Source: Microcella sp. (GTDB lineage: Bacteria; Actinomycetota; Actinomycetes; Actinomycetales; Microbacteriaceae). From it: DNA of 59,128 bases. The notes below the pieces were generated by a model. That model did not search any database and had not been told where the DNA came from. It was given only the letters and a program-made list of their open reading frames with translations. Within the stretch, counting starts at the first letter, position 1. The number at the start of each line of letters is the position of its first letter. Positions 29,432-39,352 of the stretch are shown piece after piece. The stretch is taken from contig NZ_JAUSMI010000084.1 in assembly GCF_030645145.1 (NCBI RefSeq), forward strand, positions 1 through 59,128. Direction: 5' to 3'. The position numbers and the translations under genes are program-made.

Positions 29432-29461
29432 TTGACATCTCTGCAACGCGCGGCCTACGGT
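29432..29461 (+). promoter_or_regulatory. Sigma70-type promoter of the ceb operon
   Basis: TTGACA (29432-37), 18 bp, TACGGT (29456-61). Confidence 0.7.
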
Positions 29462-29470
29462 GGCCGCAAT

Positions 29471-29512
29471 CATGAGAGCGCTCTCATGTTCTGCATGTGA
29501 GAGCGCTCTCAC
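29471..29512. promoter_or_regulatory. Two LacI (CebR/CelR-type) operators
   Basis: Perfect palindromes CATGAGAGCGCTCTCATG (29471-88) and GTGAGAGCGCTCTCAC (29497-512); resemble the CebR box TGGGAGCGCTCCCA. Confidence 0.88.
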
Positions 29513-29539
29513 CCCCGCCCCACCCCCACGCACAAAGGA

Positions 29540-30838
29540 GTGACCGTGAAGATTTCACGACGCCGCAGCACCGCAGCCGCCGCCCTCGCCGGCGCGACCG
29601 CCCTGACCCTCATTGCCACCGGCTGCGCGAGCACCGGCGACGCCGACCCCGCCGGCAGCGGGAGCGACGGTGAGATCACCCTCACCCTCGCGACGTTCAA
29701 CGACTTCGGGTACACCGACGAGCTGCTCCAGCAGTACGAGGACGAGAACCCCGGCGTCACGATCGTGCACAACAAGGCCGCGACGTCGAACGACGCCCGC
29801 GACAACTTCTTCACCAAGCTCGGCGCCGGCTCCGGCCTCGCCGACGTCGAGGCCGTCGAGATCGACTGGTTCGCTGAGATGATGCAGTACTCCGACCTGC
29901 TCACCGACCTCTCGAGCGACGACGTCGCCGACCGCTGGGTCGACTGGAAGACCGACGCCGCCACCGACGCCGACGGCCGCCTCGTCGCGTACGGCACGGA
30001 CATCGGCCCCGAGGCCGTCTGCTACCGCAGCGACCTCTTCGAGGCCGCGGGCCTCCCGACCGACCGCGCCGAGGTCGCCGAGCTTCTCAACGGCGACTGG
30101 GACCGCTACTTCGAGGTCGGTCAGGAGTACGTCGACGCGACCGGAGCCGCCTGGTTCGACTCGGCCGGCGCCACCTACCAGGGCATGATCAACCAGGTCG
30201 AGTTCGCCTACGAGCAGGAGGACGGGACGGTCATCGCGACCGAGAACGACGAGGTCAAGGGCATCTACGAGCAGGTCCTCGAGGCCAGTGCCACGCAGTC
30301 GGCCCACCTCGGCCAGTGGAGCGACGACTGGTTCGCCGGTCTCGCCAACGGCGCCTTCGCGACGATGCTCTGCCCGGGCTGGATGCTCGGCGTCATCTCG
30401 GGCAACGCTCCCGACGTCACGGGCTGGGACGTCGCGAACGTCTTCCCCGGCGGCGGCGGCAACTGGGGCGGCTCGTACCTGACCGTCCCCGCCCAGGGCG
30501 AGAACACCGAGGCCGCGGCGAAGTTCGCCGCCTGGCTCACCGCTCCCGAGCAGCAGCTCTCGGCCTTCGAGGCCGCCGGCACGTTCCCGAGCCAGGTCGA
30601 GGCCTACGAGAGCGACACGCTGCTCTCGGCGACCAACCCGTACTTCAACGACGCCCCCGTCGGCGAGATCCTCATCGAGCGCTCGCAGGCGATCGACGTC
30701 GCTCCCTTCAAGAGCGTGAAGTACTTCCCCATCAACGACGCCATGCAGAAGGCGCTCACCCGCGTCGACTCGGACAAGACCCACACGATCGAGTCGTCGT
30801 GGGAGCAGTTCGTCGCTGACGTCAACTCGCTCGGCTAG
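29540..30838 (+). CDS. Sugar ABC transporter substrate-binding lipoprotein (CebE-like, cellobiose/cellodextrin)
   Basis: ATGC lipobox, GTDIGPEAVCYRSDLF, GNWGGS; context. Confidence 0.88.
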   Translation: MTVKISRRRSTAAAALAGATALTLIATGCASTGDADPAGSGSDGEITLTLATFNDFGYTDELLQQYEDENPGVTIVHNKAATSNDARDNFFTKLGAGSGLADVEAVEIDWFAEMMQYSDLLTDLSSDDVADRWVDWKTDAATDADGRLVAYGTDIGPEAVCYRSDLFEAAGLPTDRAEVAELLNGDWDRYFEVGQEYVDATGAAWFDSAGATYQGMINQVEFAYEQEDGTVIATENDEVKGIYEQVLEASATQSAHLGQWSDDWFAGLANGAFATMLCPGWMLGVISGNAPDVTGWDVANVFPGGGGNWGGSYLTVPAQGENTEAAAKFAAWLTAPEQQLSAFEAAGTFPSQVEAYESDTLLSATNPYFNDAPVGEILIERSQAIDVAPFKSVKYFPINDAMQKALTRVDSDKTHTIESSWEQFVADVNSLG

Positions 30839-30859
30839 GCCCTAGGCCGACCCAGCACC

Positions 30860-30894
30860 GGGGCCGCGCGGCGACGACCGCGCCGCGCGGCCCC
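30860..30894 (+). terminator. Intercistronic stem-loop after the binding-protein gene
   Basis: 14-bp perfect stem GGGGCCGCGCGGCG/CGCCGCGCGGCCCC with 7-nt loop. Confidence 0.65.
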
Positions 30895-30960
30895 ACCCTC
30901 CGATCCACCCCCCTGGATCACCCCCTCGATCCACCCCTCGATCCGCCCCCGGGAGCCCCC

Positions 30961-32007
30961 ATGACGACGACCGCCCCGCGCCCCACGCGGCCGGCCCTGA
31001 GCCCGCCGCCCGTCGCGCCCCGCCGCGAGCGCTCGCCCCGGCGCATCGCCTTCTCGCACACGCTCTCGCGGTGGGACTTCAAGCTCTCGCCGTACCTCTA
31101 CATCTCGCCGTTCTTCATCCTCTTCGCCATCGTCGGCCTCTTTCCGCTGCTCTACACCGCGTGGGTCTCCGTCCACGAGTGGAACCTCATCGGCGGCCAG
31201 GGCGACTTCGTCGGCCTCGAGAACTTCGCCTTCGTGCTGCAGCAGCCGCCGTTCTGGGTCGCGCTGCGCAACACCTTCTCGATCTTCATCATCTCGGCCG
31301 TGCCGCAGGTCATCGCCGCCCTGCTGATCGCCGCCGTGCTCGACCGCAACCTGCGCGGCAAGACCTTCTGGCGCATGGGCGTGCTGCTGCCCTACGTCGT
31401 GGCACCCGTCGCGGTCGCGCTGATCTTCAGCAACATGTTCGGCGACCAGTACGGCCTCATCAACAACATGCTCGGCCGCATCGGGCTCGACCCGATCGGC
31501 TGGCACTCCGAGATCCTGCCGAGCCACCTCGCGATCGCGACGATGGTGAACTTCCGCTGGACGGGCTACACGGCCCTCATCCTCCTCGCCGCCATGCAGG
31601 CCATCCCGCGCGACTACTACGAGGCCGCGATGCTCGACGGCGCCGGCCTCGTGCGCCAGTTCTTCTCCATCACGATCCCGCAGCTGCGTCCGACCCTCAT
31701 CTTCGTGATCGTCACCTCGACGATCGGCGGGCTCCAGATCTTCGATGAGCCGCGCATGTACGACCAGTTCGGCCAGGGCGGGGCATCCGGTCAGTGGATG
31801 ACCATCACGATCTACCTCTACAACCTCGGCTGGGGCCAGCTGAACTTCGGCCGCGCCGCGGCCGTCGCCTGGCTGCTGTTCCTGATCATCGTGATCGTCG
31901 GGCTCATCAACCTCGCCATCACGCGGAGCATCGCCAGCGGCGACAGCCCCGAGAAGGTCCTCGCCCGCGCGCAGCGTCGCGCCGCCCGGAAGGAGCTCGC
32001 CCGATGA
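30961..32007 (+). CDS. Sugar ABC permease (CebF-like)
   Basis: EAAMLDGA EAA loop, multiple TMs. Confidence 0.92.
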   Translation: MTTTAPRPTRPALSPPPVAPRRERSPRRIAFSHTLSRWDFKLSPYLYISPFFILFAIVGLFPLLYTAWVSVHEWNLIGGQGDFVGLENFAFVLQQPPFWVALRNTFSIFIISAVPQVIAALLIAAVLDRNLRGKTFWRMGVLLPYVVAPVAVALIFSNMFGDQYGLINNMLGRIGLDPIGWHSEILPSHLAIATMVNFRWTGYTALILLAAMQAIPRDYYEAAMLDGAGLVRQFFSITIPQLRPTLIFVIVTSTIGGLQIFDEPRMYDQFGQGGASGQWMTITIYLYNLGWGQLNFGRAAAVAWLLFLIIVIVGLINLAITRSIASGDSPEKVLARAQRRAARKELAR

Positions 32008-32957
32008 GCGCCCCCGCCCTCCCCCTCGCCCCGGTCCCCGACAACGGCCCGGATGCCCCGCTCGGGTCGTCCCCGGCCGAGCGCGCCGCGGCGCGCACCG
32101 CGGGCCGCCGTCCGCGCCGACGCCGCCTCGAGAACGGGCAGCGCCCCGGCTGGATGGCCTACGGGTTCCTCCTCGCCGTCATGCTCGGCTCGATCTTCCC
32201 GCTCTACTGGTCGTTCCTGATCGGCTCGGGCGACGCCTCGACGATCACGCGACAGGACATCGTGTGGTGGCCGGGCGGGAACTTCCTCGCCAACGCCGCC
32301 GCCGTCATCGAGAACGACAGCGTCAACTTCTGGAAGGCGATCACCAACTCGATCATCGTCTCGACGGTCGTCGCCGCCTCGGTCGTCTGGTTCTCGACGC
32401 TCGCCGGCTTCGCGTTCGCCAAGCTCCGGTTCCGCGGCAGGAACGGCCTGCTCATCTTCGTCATCGCGACGATGGCCGTGCCGACCCAGCTCGGCGTCGT
32501 GCCTCTCTTCATCGCGATGAGCCAGCTGCAGCTCGCGGGCACGCTGAGCGCGGTCATCCTGCCGGCGATCGTGAGCGCGTTCGGCGTGTTCTGGATGACG
32601 CAGTACCTCAGCCAGGCGCTGCCCTACGAGCTCATCGAGGCCGCGCGCGTCGACGGCGCGAGCATGATCCGCACCTTCTGGTCGGTCGCCCTGCCCGCCG
32701 CGCGCCCCGCCGCGGCCATGCTCGGCCTGTTCGTCTTCATCGCGACCTGGACCAACTTCTTCTGGCCGTTCATCGTCCTCGACCGGCAGAGCCCCACACT
32801 GCCCGTCGCGCTCTCGCTGCTGCAGAGCAACTACTTCGTCGACTACTCGGTGGTGATGGCCGGCGTGATCCTGTCGACCATCCCGCTGCTGATTCTGTTC
32901 ATCGTCGCCGGCCGCCAGCTGGTCAGCGGCATCATGCAAGGAGCTGTCAAGGGATGA
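32004..32957 (+). CDS. Sugar ABC permease (CebG-like)
   Basis: EAARVDGA EAA loop; ATGA overlap. Confidence 0.92.
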   Translation: MSAPALPLAPVPDNGPDAPLGSSPAERAAARTAGRRPRRRRLENGQRPGWMAYGFLLAVMLGSIFPLYWSFLIGSGDASTITRQDIVWWPGGNFLANAAAVIENDSVNFWKAITNSIIVSTVVAASVVWFSTLAGFAFAKLRFRGRNGLLIFVIATMAVPTQLGVVPLFIAMSQLQLAGTLSAVILPAIVSAFGVFWMTQYLSQALPYELIEAARVDGASMIRTFWSVALPAARPAAAMLGLFVFIATWTNFFWPFIVLDRQSPTLPVALSLLQSNYFVDYSVVMAGVILSTIPLLILFIVAGRQLVSGIMQGAVKG

Positions 32958-34423
32958 CCCTCTCGACTCCGGCGTCCGCTGTGGCGCCTCACCCCGGCGT
33001 GCGCGCCTTCCCCGCCGACTTCCGTTTCGGGGTCGCCACGGCCGCCTTCCAGATCGAGGGGTCCACCCACGTCGACGGTCGCACCGACTCCATCTGGGAC
33101 GCGTTCGCGCGCGTGCCGGGTGCCGTGGTGAACGGAGACAACGGCGAGCCGGCGTGCGATCACTACCGCCGCTCGAGCGACGACGTCGCGATGATGCGCG
33201 AGCTGGGCATCCAGACCTATCGATTCTCGACCTCGTGGGCGCGCGTCCAGCCCGACGGCCGCGTCGCGAACCCCGCGGGGCTCGACTTTTACTCCCGCCT
33301 CGTGGACGACCTGCTCGAGGCGGGCATCCAGCCCTGGCTGACCCTGTACCACTGGGATCTCCCGCAGGCGATCGAGGAGGCCGGCGGCTGGCCCGCTCGC
33401 GACACCGCGCATCGCTTCGTCGAGTACGCAGGTCTCGTGCACGACGTGCTCGGCGACCGCATCCAGGCCTGGACGACGCTCAACGAGCCGTGGTGCAGCG
33501 CCTTCCTCGGCTACCTCGGCGGCGAGCACGCCCCCGGCCGTCAGGACCCTCAGGCCTCGATCGACGCCGCGCACCACCTGCTGCTCGGCCACGGCCTCGC
33601 GGTGCAGGAGCTCCGCCGTCGCGACCCCGAGCTGCAGCTCGGCATCACGCTCAACCTCACCGTCGCCGACCCCGTCGACCCGACCGACGCGGGCGACCTC
33701 GACGCCGTGCGGCGCATCGACGGCCAGCACAACCGCTGGTTCCTCGACCCGATCTTCCGCGGCGCGTACCCGGCCGACATCGTCGACGACCTCGCGGGGA
33801 TCGGCGTCACGGTCCCGGTGCACGAGCGCGACCTCGCGGCTATCGCGGCGCCCATCGACGCGCTCGGCGTGAACTACTACCACGGCGACGCCGTGAGCGC
33901 GCATCCGTTCACGGGCACGCCGCTCGCGCCGGCCGCGCCCTCCGAGCGCCCCAAGCGCTCGCCCTTCCCCGTCGACCAGGGCGTGAACTGGCACCCGCGC
34001 GGACTGCCCGTGACGGCGATGCAGTGGGAGGTCCAGCCCGAGGGCCTGACCCGCCTGCTCGTGCGCGTCGACGAGGAGTACGCGACCCCCGCCGGGACCG
34101 CCCTCTACGTCACGGAGAACGGCGCCGCGTACGACGACGTCGTCGAGCCCGACGGCTCGGTCGACGACGTCGAGCGCGCCTCCTACCTCGAGCAGCATCT
34201 CTCGGCGATGCTCGACGCGATCGACGCCGGCGTCGACGTGCGCGGCTACTTCTACTGGTCGCTCATGGACAACTACGAGTGGGCGTGGGGCTACGACAAG
34301 CGCTTCGGCCTCGTGCGCGTCGACTACGACACGCAGGGGCGGACGGTGAAGACGAGCGGCCGCCTCTACCAGCGCATCATCGAGGAGCGCGGGGTGCGCC
34401 AGCACGACGCCGCCCCTCAATAG
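32954..34423 (+). CDS. GH1 beta-glucosidase (BglC-like)
   Basis: ATAAFQIEG, TLNEP (acid/base), VTENG (nucleophile). Confidence 0.95.
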   Translation: MTLSTPASAVAPHPGVRAFPADFRFGVATAAFQIEGSTHVDGRTDSIWDAFARVPGAVVNGDNGEPACDHYRRSSDDVAMMRELGIQTYRFSTSWARVQPDGRVANPAGLDFYSRLVDDLLEAGIQPWLTLYHWDLPQAIEEAGGWPARDTAHRFVEYAGLVHDVLGDRIQAWTTLNEPWCSAFLGYLGGEHAPGRQDPQASIDAAHHLLLGHGLAVQELRRRDPELQLGITLNLTVADPVDPTDAGDLDAVRRIDGQHNRWFLDPIFRGAYPADIVDDLAGIGVTVPVHERDLAAIAAPIDALGVNYYHGDAVSAHPFTGTPLAPAAPSERPKRSPFPVDQGVNWHPRGLPVTAMQWEVQPEGLTRLLVRVDEEYATPAGTALYVTENGAAYDDVVEPDGSVDDVERASYLEQHLSAMLDAIDAGVDVRGYFYWSLMDNYEWAWGYDKRFGLVRVDYDTQGRTVKTSGRLYQRIIEERGVRQHDAAPQ

Positions 34424-34433
34424 ACTGCGGAGC

Positions 34434-35456
34434 ATGACGATCGAGGCGGGTCAGGCGCGCACCGCGCCGACCCTCGAGATGGTGGCCGCCGCGGCCGGCG
34501 TCTCGCGCGCGACGGTGTCGCGCGTCGTGAACGCCTCGCCGAAGGTGAGCCCGGATGCCGTGGAGGCCGTGCAGGCCGCCATCCTCCGACTCGGCTACAC
34601 CCCCAATCGCGCCGCGAGGTCGCTCGCGAACCGCCGATCCATGGTCATCGCGCTCGTCGTGCCGGAGGACACCACGCGCCTGTTCGGCGACCCGTACTTC
34701 GCCGCGATCGTGAAGGGAATCACCGACGAGCTCGACGCCTCCGACTACGTGCTCAACCTGCACCTCGCTCGCTCGGAGTCGGCGGAGAAGACCCTGACCT
34801 ACCTCACGGGCGGGAACGTCGACGGCGCGCTCGTGGTCTCGCACCACAGCGGCGACGAGTTCCTCTCCACTCTCGGCCGGCACCTGCCCGTCGTGTTCGG
34901 CGGCCGCCCGATCGACCCCGAGTCCGTCGACAGCCTCTACATCGACATCGACAACGTCGCCGCCGCCTACGACGGTACGCGCTACCTCGTCGATGCCGGC
35001 TGCACGCGCATCGCGACGATCACCGGTCCGGGCGACATGCCCGCCGGCATCGACCGCCTCGAGGGGTTCCGTCGCGCGCTCGCCGAGGCGGGGATGCCCG
35101 CCGACCTGGTCGCGGACGGCGACTTCACGATGACGGGCGGCGCGCGGGCGGCGCGCGAGCTGCTCGATCGGGGCGAGCCGTTCGACGGCCTCTTCGTCGC
35201 GAGCGACCTCATGGCGGTCGGAGCGGTCACCGCGCTGCGCGAGCGCGGCCTGCGCGTGCCCGACGACGTCAAGGTCATGGGCTTCGACGACAGCCCCGCC
35301 GCCCTCACGGGCGAGGTCGCCCTCACGACCGTGCGCCAGCCCTCGGAGGAGCAGGGCCGACTGCTCGCCCGCACCCTCCTGCAGCTGCTGCGCGGGGAGG
35401 ACCCGCCGCGTCGCGTCATCATGCCGACCGACATCGTCGTGCGGCAGAGCGCCTGA
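34434..35456 (+). CDS. LacI family regulator (CebR-like)
   Basis: TLEMVAAAAGVSRATVSRV HTH, YTPNRAARSL. Confidence 0.93.
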   Translation: MTIEAGQARTAPTLEMVAAAAGVSRATVSRVVNASPKVSPDAVEAVQAAILRLGYTPNRAARSLANRRSMVIALVVPEDTTRLFGDPYFAAIVKGITDELDASDYVLNLHLARSESAEKTLTYLTGGNVDGALVVSHHSGDEFLSTLGRHLPVVFGGRPIDPESVDSLYIDIDNVAAAYDGTRYLVDAGCTRIATITGPGDMPAGIDRLEGFRRALAEAGMPADLVADGDFTMTGGARAARELLDRGEPFDGLFVASDLMAVGAVTALRERGLRVPDDVKVMGFDDSPAALTGEVALTTVRQPSEEQGRLLARTLLQLLRGEDPPRRVIMPTDIVVRQSA

Positions 35457-35543
35457 ACGCACCGCCAGTCCGGGTCGCGCCGGCCTGAGCGCGCCCTGCA
35501 CGCTCCCCGGCTCCGCCGACCGAGCCTCGGTAGGGTGCCGGGC

Positions 35544-35831
35544 ATGAGTCTCACCGTCACGCACGAGCCCGACGCCGACCGCTACGTGGTGCACGACGCC
35601 GCGGGCGAGCTCCAGGGGTTCATCGTCTACGATTCCTCCCCCGGTCAGCTGCGGCTGATCCACGCCGAGGTGCCGCCGTTCCTGCGCAGCAAGGGCGTCG
35701 GCGGCGACATGGTGCAGGCGATCCTCGACCACCTGCGCGCCGAGAGCACCGACCGCATCGTGCCGTCGTGCCCCTTCGTGGTGATGTGGATGCGCCGCCA
35801 CCCCGAGTACGCGGACCTCACGACCCGCTGA
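35544..35831 (+). CDS. Small GNAT family acetyltransferase
   Basis: HAEVPPFLRSKGVG and PSCPFV motifs. Confidence 0.85.
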   Translation: MSLTVTHEPDADRYVVHDAAGELQGFIVYDSSPGQLRLIHAEVPPFLRSKGVGGDMVQAILDHLRAESTDRIVPSCPFVVMWMRRHPEYADLTTR

Positions 35832-35855
35832 CGGTCGCCCTGCGCCCACCCAGCC

Positions 35856-35923
35856 GAGATTGAGTCCATTCGTCGCAGTTGAGGTCGAATGTTCGGGCTC
35901 AGCTGCAACGAACGCACTCACTC
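35856..35923. repeat. Intergenic long imperfect palindrome related to the element at 48-124
   Basis: Core TGAGGTCGAATGTTCGGGCTCA (35880-901) matches 64-85 at 19/22; flanked by TTCGTCGCAGT/GCTGCAACGAA arms. Confidence 0.7.
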
Positions 35924-35963
35924 GTCCGTGGGACTGCCGCGCGGGCCGCGCGCGCTCGGCGGG

Positions 35964-36272
35964 CTAGCGGTCGGCGGGGACGTCGATGCGGAGGCGACCC
36001 GCGTATCCGGGAGCGTCGGCGGGAGCATCCACGATGCCCAGAGGTCCGTCGCCGGGAACGGGGGCGGGGGCGGGAAGGATGGTCTGTCGATCGAGCTCGA
36101 CCTGCGCCTCGTGACGGGTCGGGTGGAAGACCTCGTCGCCGATGCCGAGCACCCCGGGGCCTCCGCCGCCGCGGCGCGACTTGTCGCTCAGGTCGATCCA
36201 TCCGCGGGCGTGGGCGAGAATGGCCACGGCGACCGCCGCGCCCACGAGAAGGACCCACCCCCATACCGGCAC
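35964..36272 (-). CDS. Small membrane-anchored hypothetical protein
   Basis: N-terminal hydrophobic segment, DEVFHP motif; TATCCT seven nt before GTG. Confidence 0.7.
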   Translation of the reverse strand: MPVWGWVLLVGAAVAVAILAHARGWIDLSDKSRRGGGGPGVLGIGDEVFHPTRHEAQVELDRQTILPAPAPVPGDGPLGIVDAPADAPGYAGRLRIDVPADR

Positions 36273-36352
36273 GAGGGTCAGGATACCCGGATGCCATGGG
36301 AGGCTGTGTGACCGCGCGGTGAACGCGGAGGCTCCACCGGAGCGACGGACAG

Positions 36353-37762
36353 TCAGCGAGCCGTCGACTCGGACCGTCGCGCGGAATGATCGTGCGCCCA
36401 CAGCGCGATGGCGAGATCCGTGCGGTCTCCGTCCGCGAGCGGGTCCCGGCCCACGACGTCCCGCACGCGGGCCAGCCGATGTCGCACGGTGTTGACGTGG
36501 AGGAACTGCCTCGCGGCGGTCGCCGCGATGGACCCGCCCTGCTCGATGAACACCCGGAGCGTGTCCAGGAGGTCCGGCCCCCCTCTGACCTCCTCCCCCA
36601 GCAGGGGACGGACCAGTTGGGCGATGAACGGCTGCAGGCGGGACCGCGGCTGCTGCTCGAGGAGGGCGGCGAGGGTCGCGAGAGTCTCCGGTCCCGCGAT
36701 GCTCCCGCGTCGCCGAGCGAGCATCAGCGTCGCCCGCGCCTCCGCGATGCCGTGCGCCAGCTCGGTCAGACCGACGGGACTCGAATAGCCGAAGACGAGC
36801 TGCAGGCGGTCGGAGATGTCGCGCGCCTGGCCATCGTCCTGGGTGACCACGAGCACGTCCCGAGCGGTCTCGGCGACGACCGCTCCCGAGTGCTGACGTG
36901 CGACGAGCGCCCCCGTGCCTTCGGGCCATGCTGAGACCACGAGCCGCTCGGAGTCGAGGCCCGCGGGATCGAGATCGGGCATCAGGGCGGCAGGGTGCGC
37001 CAGCCCCTCGACGACCAGGGACATGAGCTGCCCGACTCGGCGCCGCGCACTCGACTCCTGAGCGAGTTCCGCCCGTCGCGCGATGTGGAGGACGCGCGCG
37101 AACCGCTCGAGCAGAGCTCGATCGGGCGGCGAGCCCTCGCCGGACCAGCGCAGCAGCTCGGCATCGTCCAGCTCCACCTCGACCAGCGACGCGGACTCTC
37201 GATGTCGACCTTCCGCGGAGTCCGCGCTGCTGTCGGACCGGTGCGCGATGTCGATGCGACCCCCGAGCTCATCGGCGATGAGGGCGAGCATGTCGGAGGC
37301 CCCTGCGCCCGTGCGCAGCAGCTCCAACGCCCCGGCGAGGGGATCAGCCGATCGAGACGACTGCATGCGCGTCTCGACGAGAGCGTCGCTGATGGCTCGA
37401 AACGGAACGCCGTGCGCCATGACCAGCAGGGCGACGCCCCATCGACGGCAGGCGCGCTCCAACGCTGCTGGGACCTCCGTGTGCACCTCCCCCAAGCCGA
37501 GGCACACCCCCACGCAGCCTGCGTCGCGCACCGCCTGCACGAAGCGGGCGGCCTCTCGGGGGTCCACGAGGGCGGCGCCGACAGTGCAGATCAGCTCGTC
37601 CTCGCGGATGTGCGGTCTCGGGTCGACGACCTCCGTCACATGGATCCAGGAGATCGGGCGCTCGAGCGCCTCCTGTCTCGCCTCGATCACCGTGAGTCCG
37701 AATCGCGGATCCGCGGCGAGGTCGCCGATCGTAGCGTTCTGCGCGACCGCCGAATCGATCAT
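36353..37762 (-). CDS. PucR family transcriptional regulator
   Basis: N-terminal WIHVTE purine-catabolism domain, C-terminal LHVNTVRHRL HTH. Confidence 0.92.
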   Translation of the reverse strand: MIDSAVAQNATIGDLAADPRFGLTVIEARQEALERPISWIHVTEVVDPRPHIREDELICTVGAALVDPREAARFVQAVRDAGCVGVCLGLGEVHTEVPAALERACRRWGVALLVMAHGVPFRAISDALVETRMQSSRSADPLAGALELLRTGAGASDMLALIADELGGRIDIAHRSDSSADSAEGRHRESASLVEVELDDAELLRWSGEGSPPDRALLERFARVLHIARRAELAQESSARRRVGQLMSLVVEGLAHPAALMPDLDPAGLDSERLVVSAWPEGTGALVARQHSGAVVAETARDVLVVTQDDGQARDISDRLQLVFGYSSPVGLTELAHGIAEARATLMLARRRGSIAGPETLATLAALLEQQPRSRLQPFIAQLVRPLLGEEVRGGPDLLDTLRVFIEQGGSIAATAARQFLHVNTVRHRLARVRDVVGRDPLADGDRTDLAIALWAHDHSARRSESTAR

Positions 37763-37879
37763 TGTTGTACGATACTCCAATTCAGGTGCCGATTCAGAGC
37801 CGTGCGTCCAATCTGCGGGCGGACACGTTGTACGCAAGCACTCTCAGGAAAATAATGGGCGCAGCCAAAGGAGGCCCGC

Positions 37880-39352
37880 ATGACCCACGCGACCACTGCT
37901 TCGCCCGCTGCGAGCGGCACCACCCTGCGTCGGGAGTTCACGCTCCTGTCATCGTTCGCATTCGCGTTCGCGTTCATCTCCCCGATCGTCGCTCTGTACG
38001 GCATCTTCGGACTCGCGCTCACCACCGCCGGGCCGAGCTTCTGGTGGGGGTTCCTGCTCGTCTTCGCCGGGCAGCTGCTCGTCGCCCTCGTCTTCGCGAT
38101 GCTCGTCTCGCGCTGGCCGCTGGAGGGCTCCATCTATCAGTGGACCTCACGCCTCACCGGACCCACCGCAGGCTGGTTCGCCGGGTGGGCCTACTTCTGG
38201 ACCCTCGTCATCGCGATGGCGACCGTGGCCCTCGGGGCCGCCGGCTTCCTCGCCAACATCTTCGGCCTGGAGGAGCCGACCGCGGTGGATCGGGCCTGGA
38301 TCGCCTTCGGCGTCCTGGTGTTCGGCACGATCGTCAACCTCGCCGGACAGACCGTGCTGAAGGTCTTCATGCTCGCCAGCATCGTCGCCGAGGTCGTCGG
38401 CTCGATCGGGCTGGGCATCTGGCTGCTCGCCTTCCACCGCGTCAACGACCTCTCCGTGCTGTTCTCGGGCGGTGACGGCGTCGGCGGCGGGTCGAGCGAC
38501 TACCTCGCGATTTCCGGACCGTTCCTCATCGCGCTGGCGTTCATCGGCTTCTCCTTCGTCGGGTTCGAGAGCGCGGGCTCGATCGCCGAGGAGGTCACCG
38601 AGCCCCGCAAGAACCTGCCCAAGGCGATCCTGATCTCGATCTCGTTCATCGCGATCGTCGTGATGTTCTCGAGCCTCGCGATCATCCTCGCCATCCCCGA
38701 CCTCGAGGCGGTTCGCAATGGCGAGGTCGGCGACCCGGTGTACGAGACCCTGACCGCTCAGCTCGGCGCCGGCATCGCCGTGCCGATCGAGATCCTGTTC
38801 GTGATCGGTTTCGTCGCGAGCTTCCTCGCGCTGCAGACCTCCGCTTCGCGCATGCTGTGGGCGAAGGCGCGCGACGGCGCCCTGCCCGGCGCCACGGTGC
38901 TCGCCCGCCTGAGCGCCCAGCGGCGCCAGCCGACCATGGCTCTGCTCGTCACGACCGTCATCGGCACCCTTCTGTTCCTGCTCAGCAACGTCGCGAGCGA
39001 CCTCTACACGCTCATGGTCAACTTCACGGCCGGTGGCTTCTACCTGTCCTTCCTGTTCCCCCTCATCGGCTTCGTGGTCGTTGTCACGCGCAAGACCTGG
39101 CGAGCCGGTCCGTTCAGCCTTGGCGGCGCCACGGCCCTCGTCGCGTGGGTTGCCGTCATCTGGGCCAGCCTGCAGCTGGTCAACATCGCCTGGCCGCGCG
39201 CGGTCTACGAGCAGGCCTACCTCGACTGGTCGATCATCATCGGCACCGTCGTCATCGGCGTCGTCGGGGTCGCGGTGTGGGCGAGCGTGCGCTCGCGCAT
39301 CCCCTCGGTCACCGGCGTCGAGTACGAGGACGACGAGACGCGCACCCCGTGA
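37880..39352 (+). CDS. APC family amino acid/amine permease
   Basis: About 12 TMs, GSIYQW, GFESAGSIAEE; AAGGAGG RBS. Confidence 0.92.
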   Translation: MTHATTASPAASGTTLRREFTLLSSFAFAFAFISPIVALYGIFGLALTTAGPSFWWGFLLVFAGQLLVALVFAMLVSRWPLEGSIYQWTSRLTGPTAGWFAGWAYFWTLVIAMATVALGAAGFLANIFGLEEPTAVDRAWIAFGVLVFGTIVNLAGQTVLKVFMLASIVAEVVGSIGLGIWLLAFHRVNDLSVLFSGGDGVGGGSSDYLAISGPFLIALAFIGFSFVGFESAGSIAEEVTEPRKNLPKAILISISFIAIVVMFSSLAIILAIPDLEAVRNGEVGDPVYETLTAQLGAGIAVPIEILFVIGFVASFLALQTSASRMLWAKARDGALPGATVLARLSAQRRQPTMALLVTTVIGTLLFLLSNVASDLYTLMVNFTAGGFYLSFLFPLIGFVVVVTRKTWRAGPFSLGGATALVAWVAVIWASLQLVNIAWPRAVYEQAYLDWSIIIGTVVIGVVGVAVWASVRSRIPSVTGVEYEDDETRTP

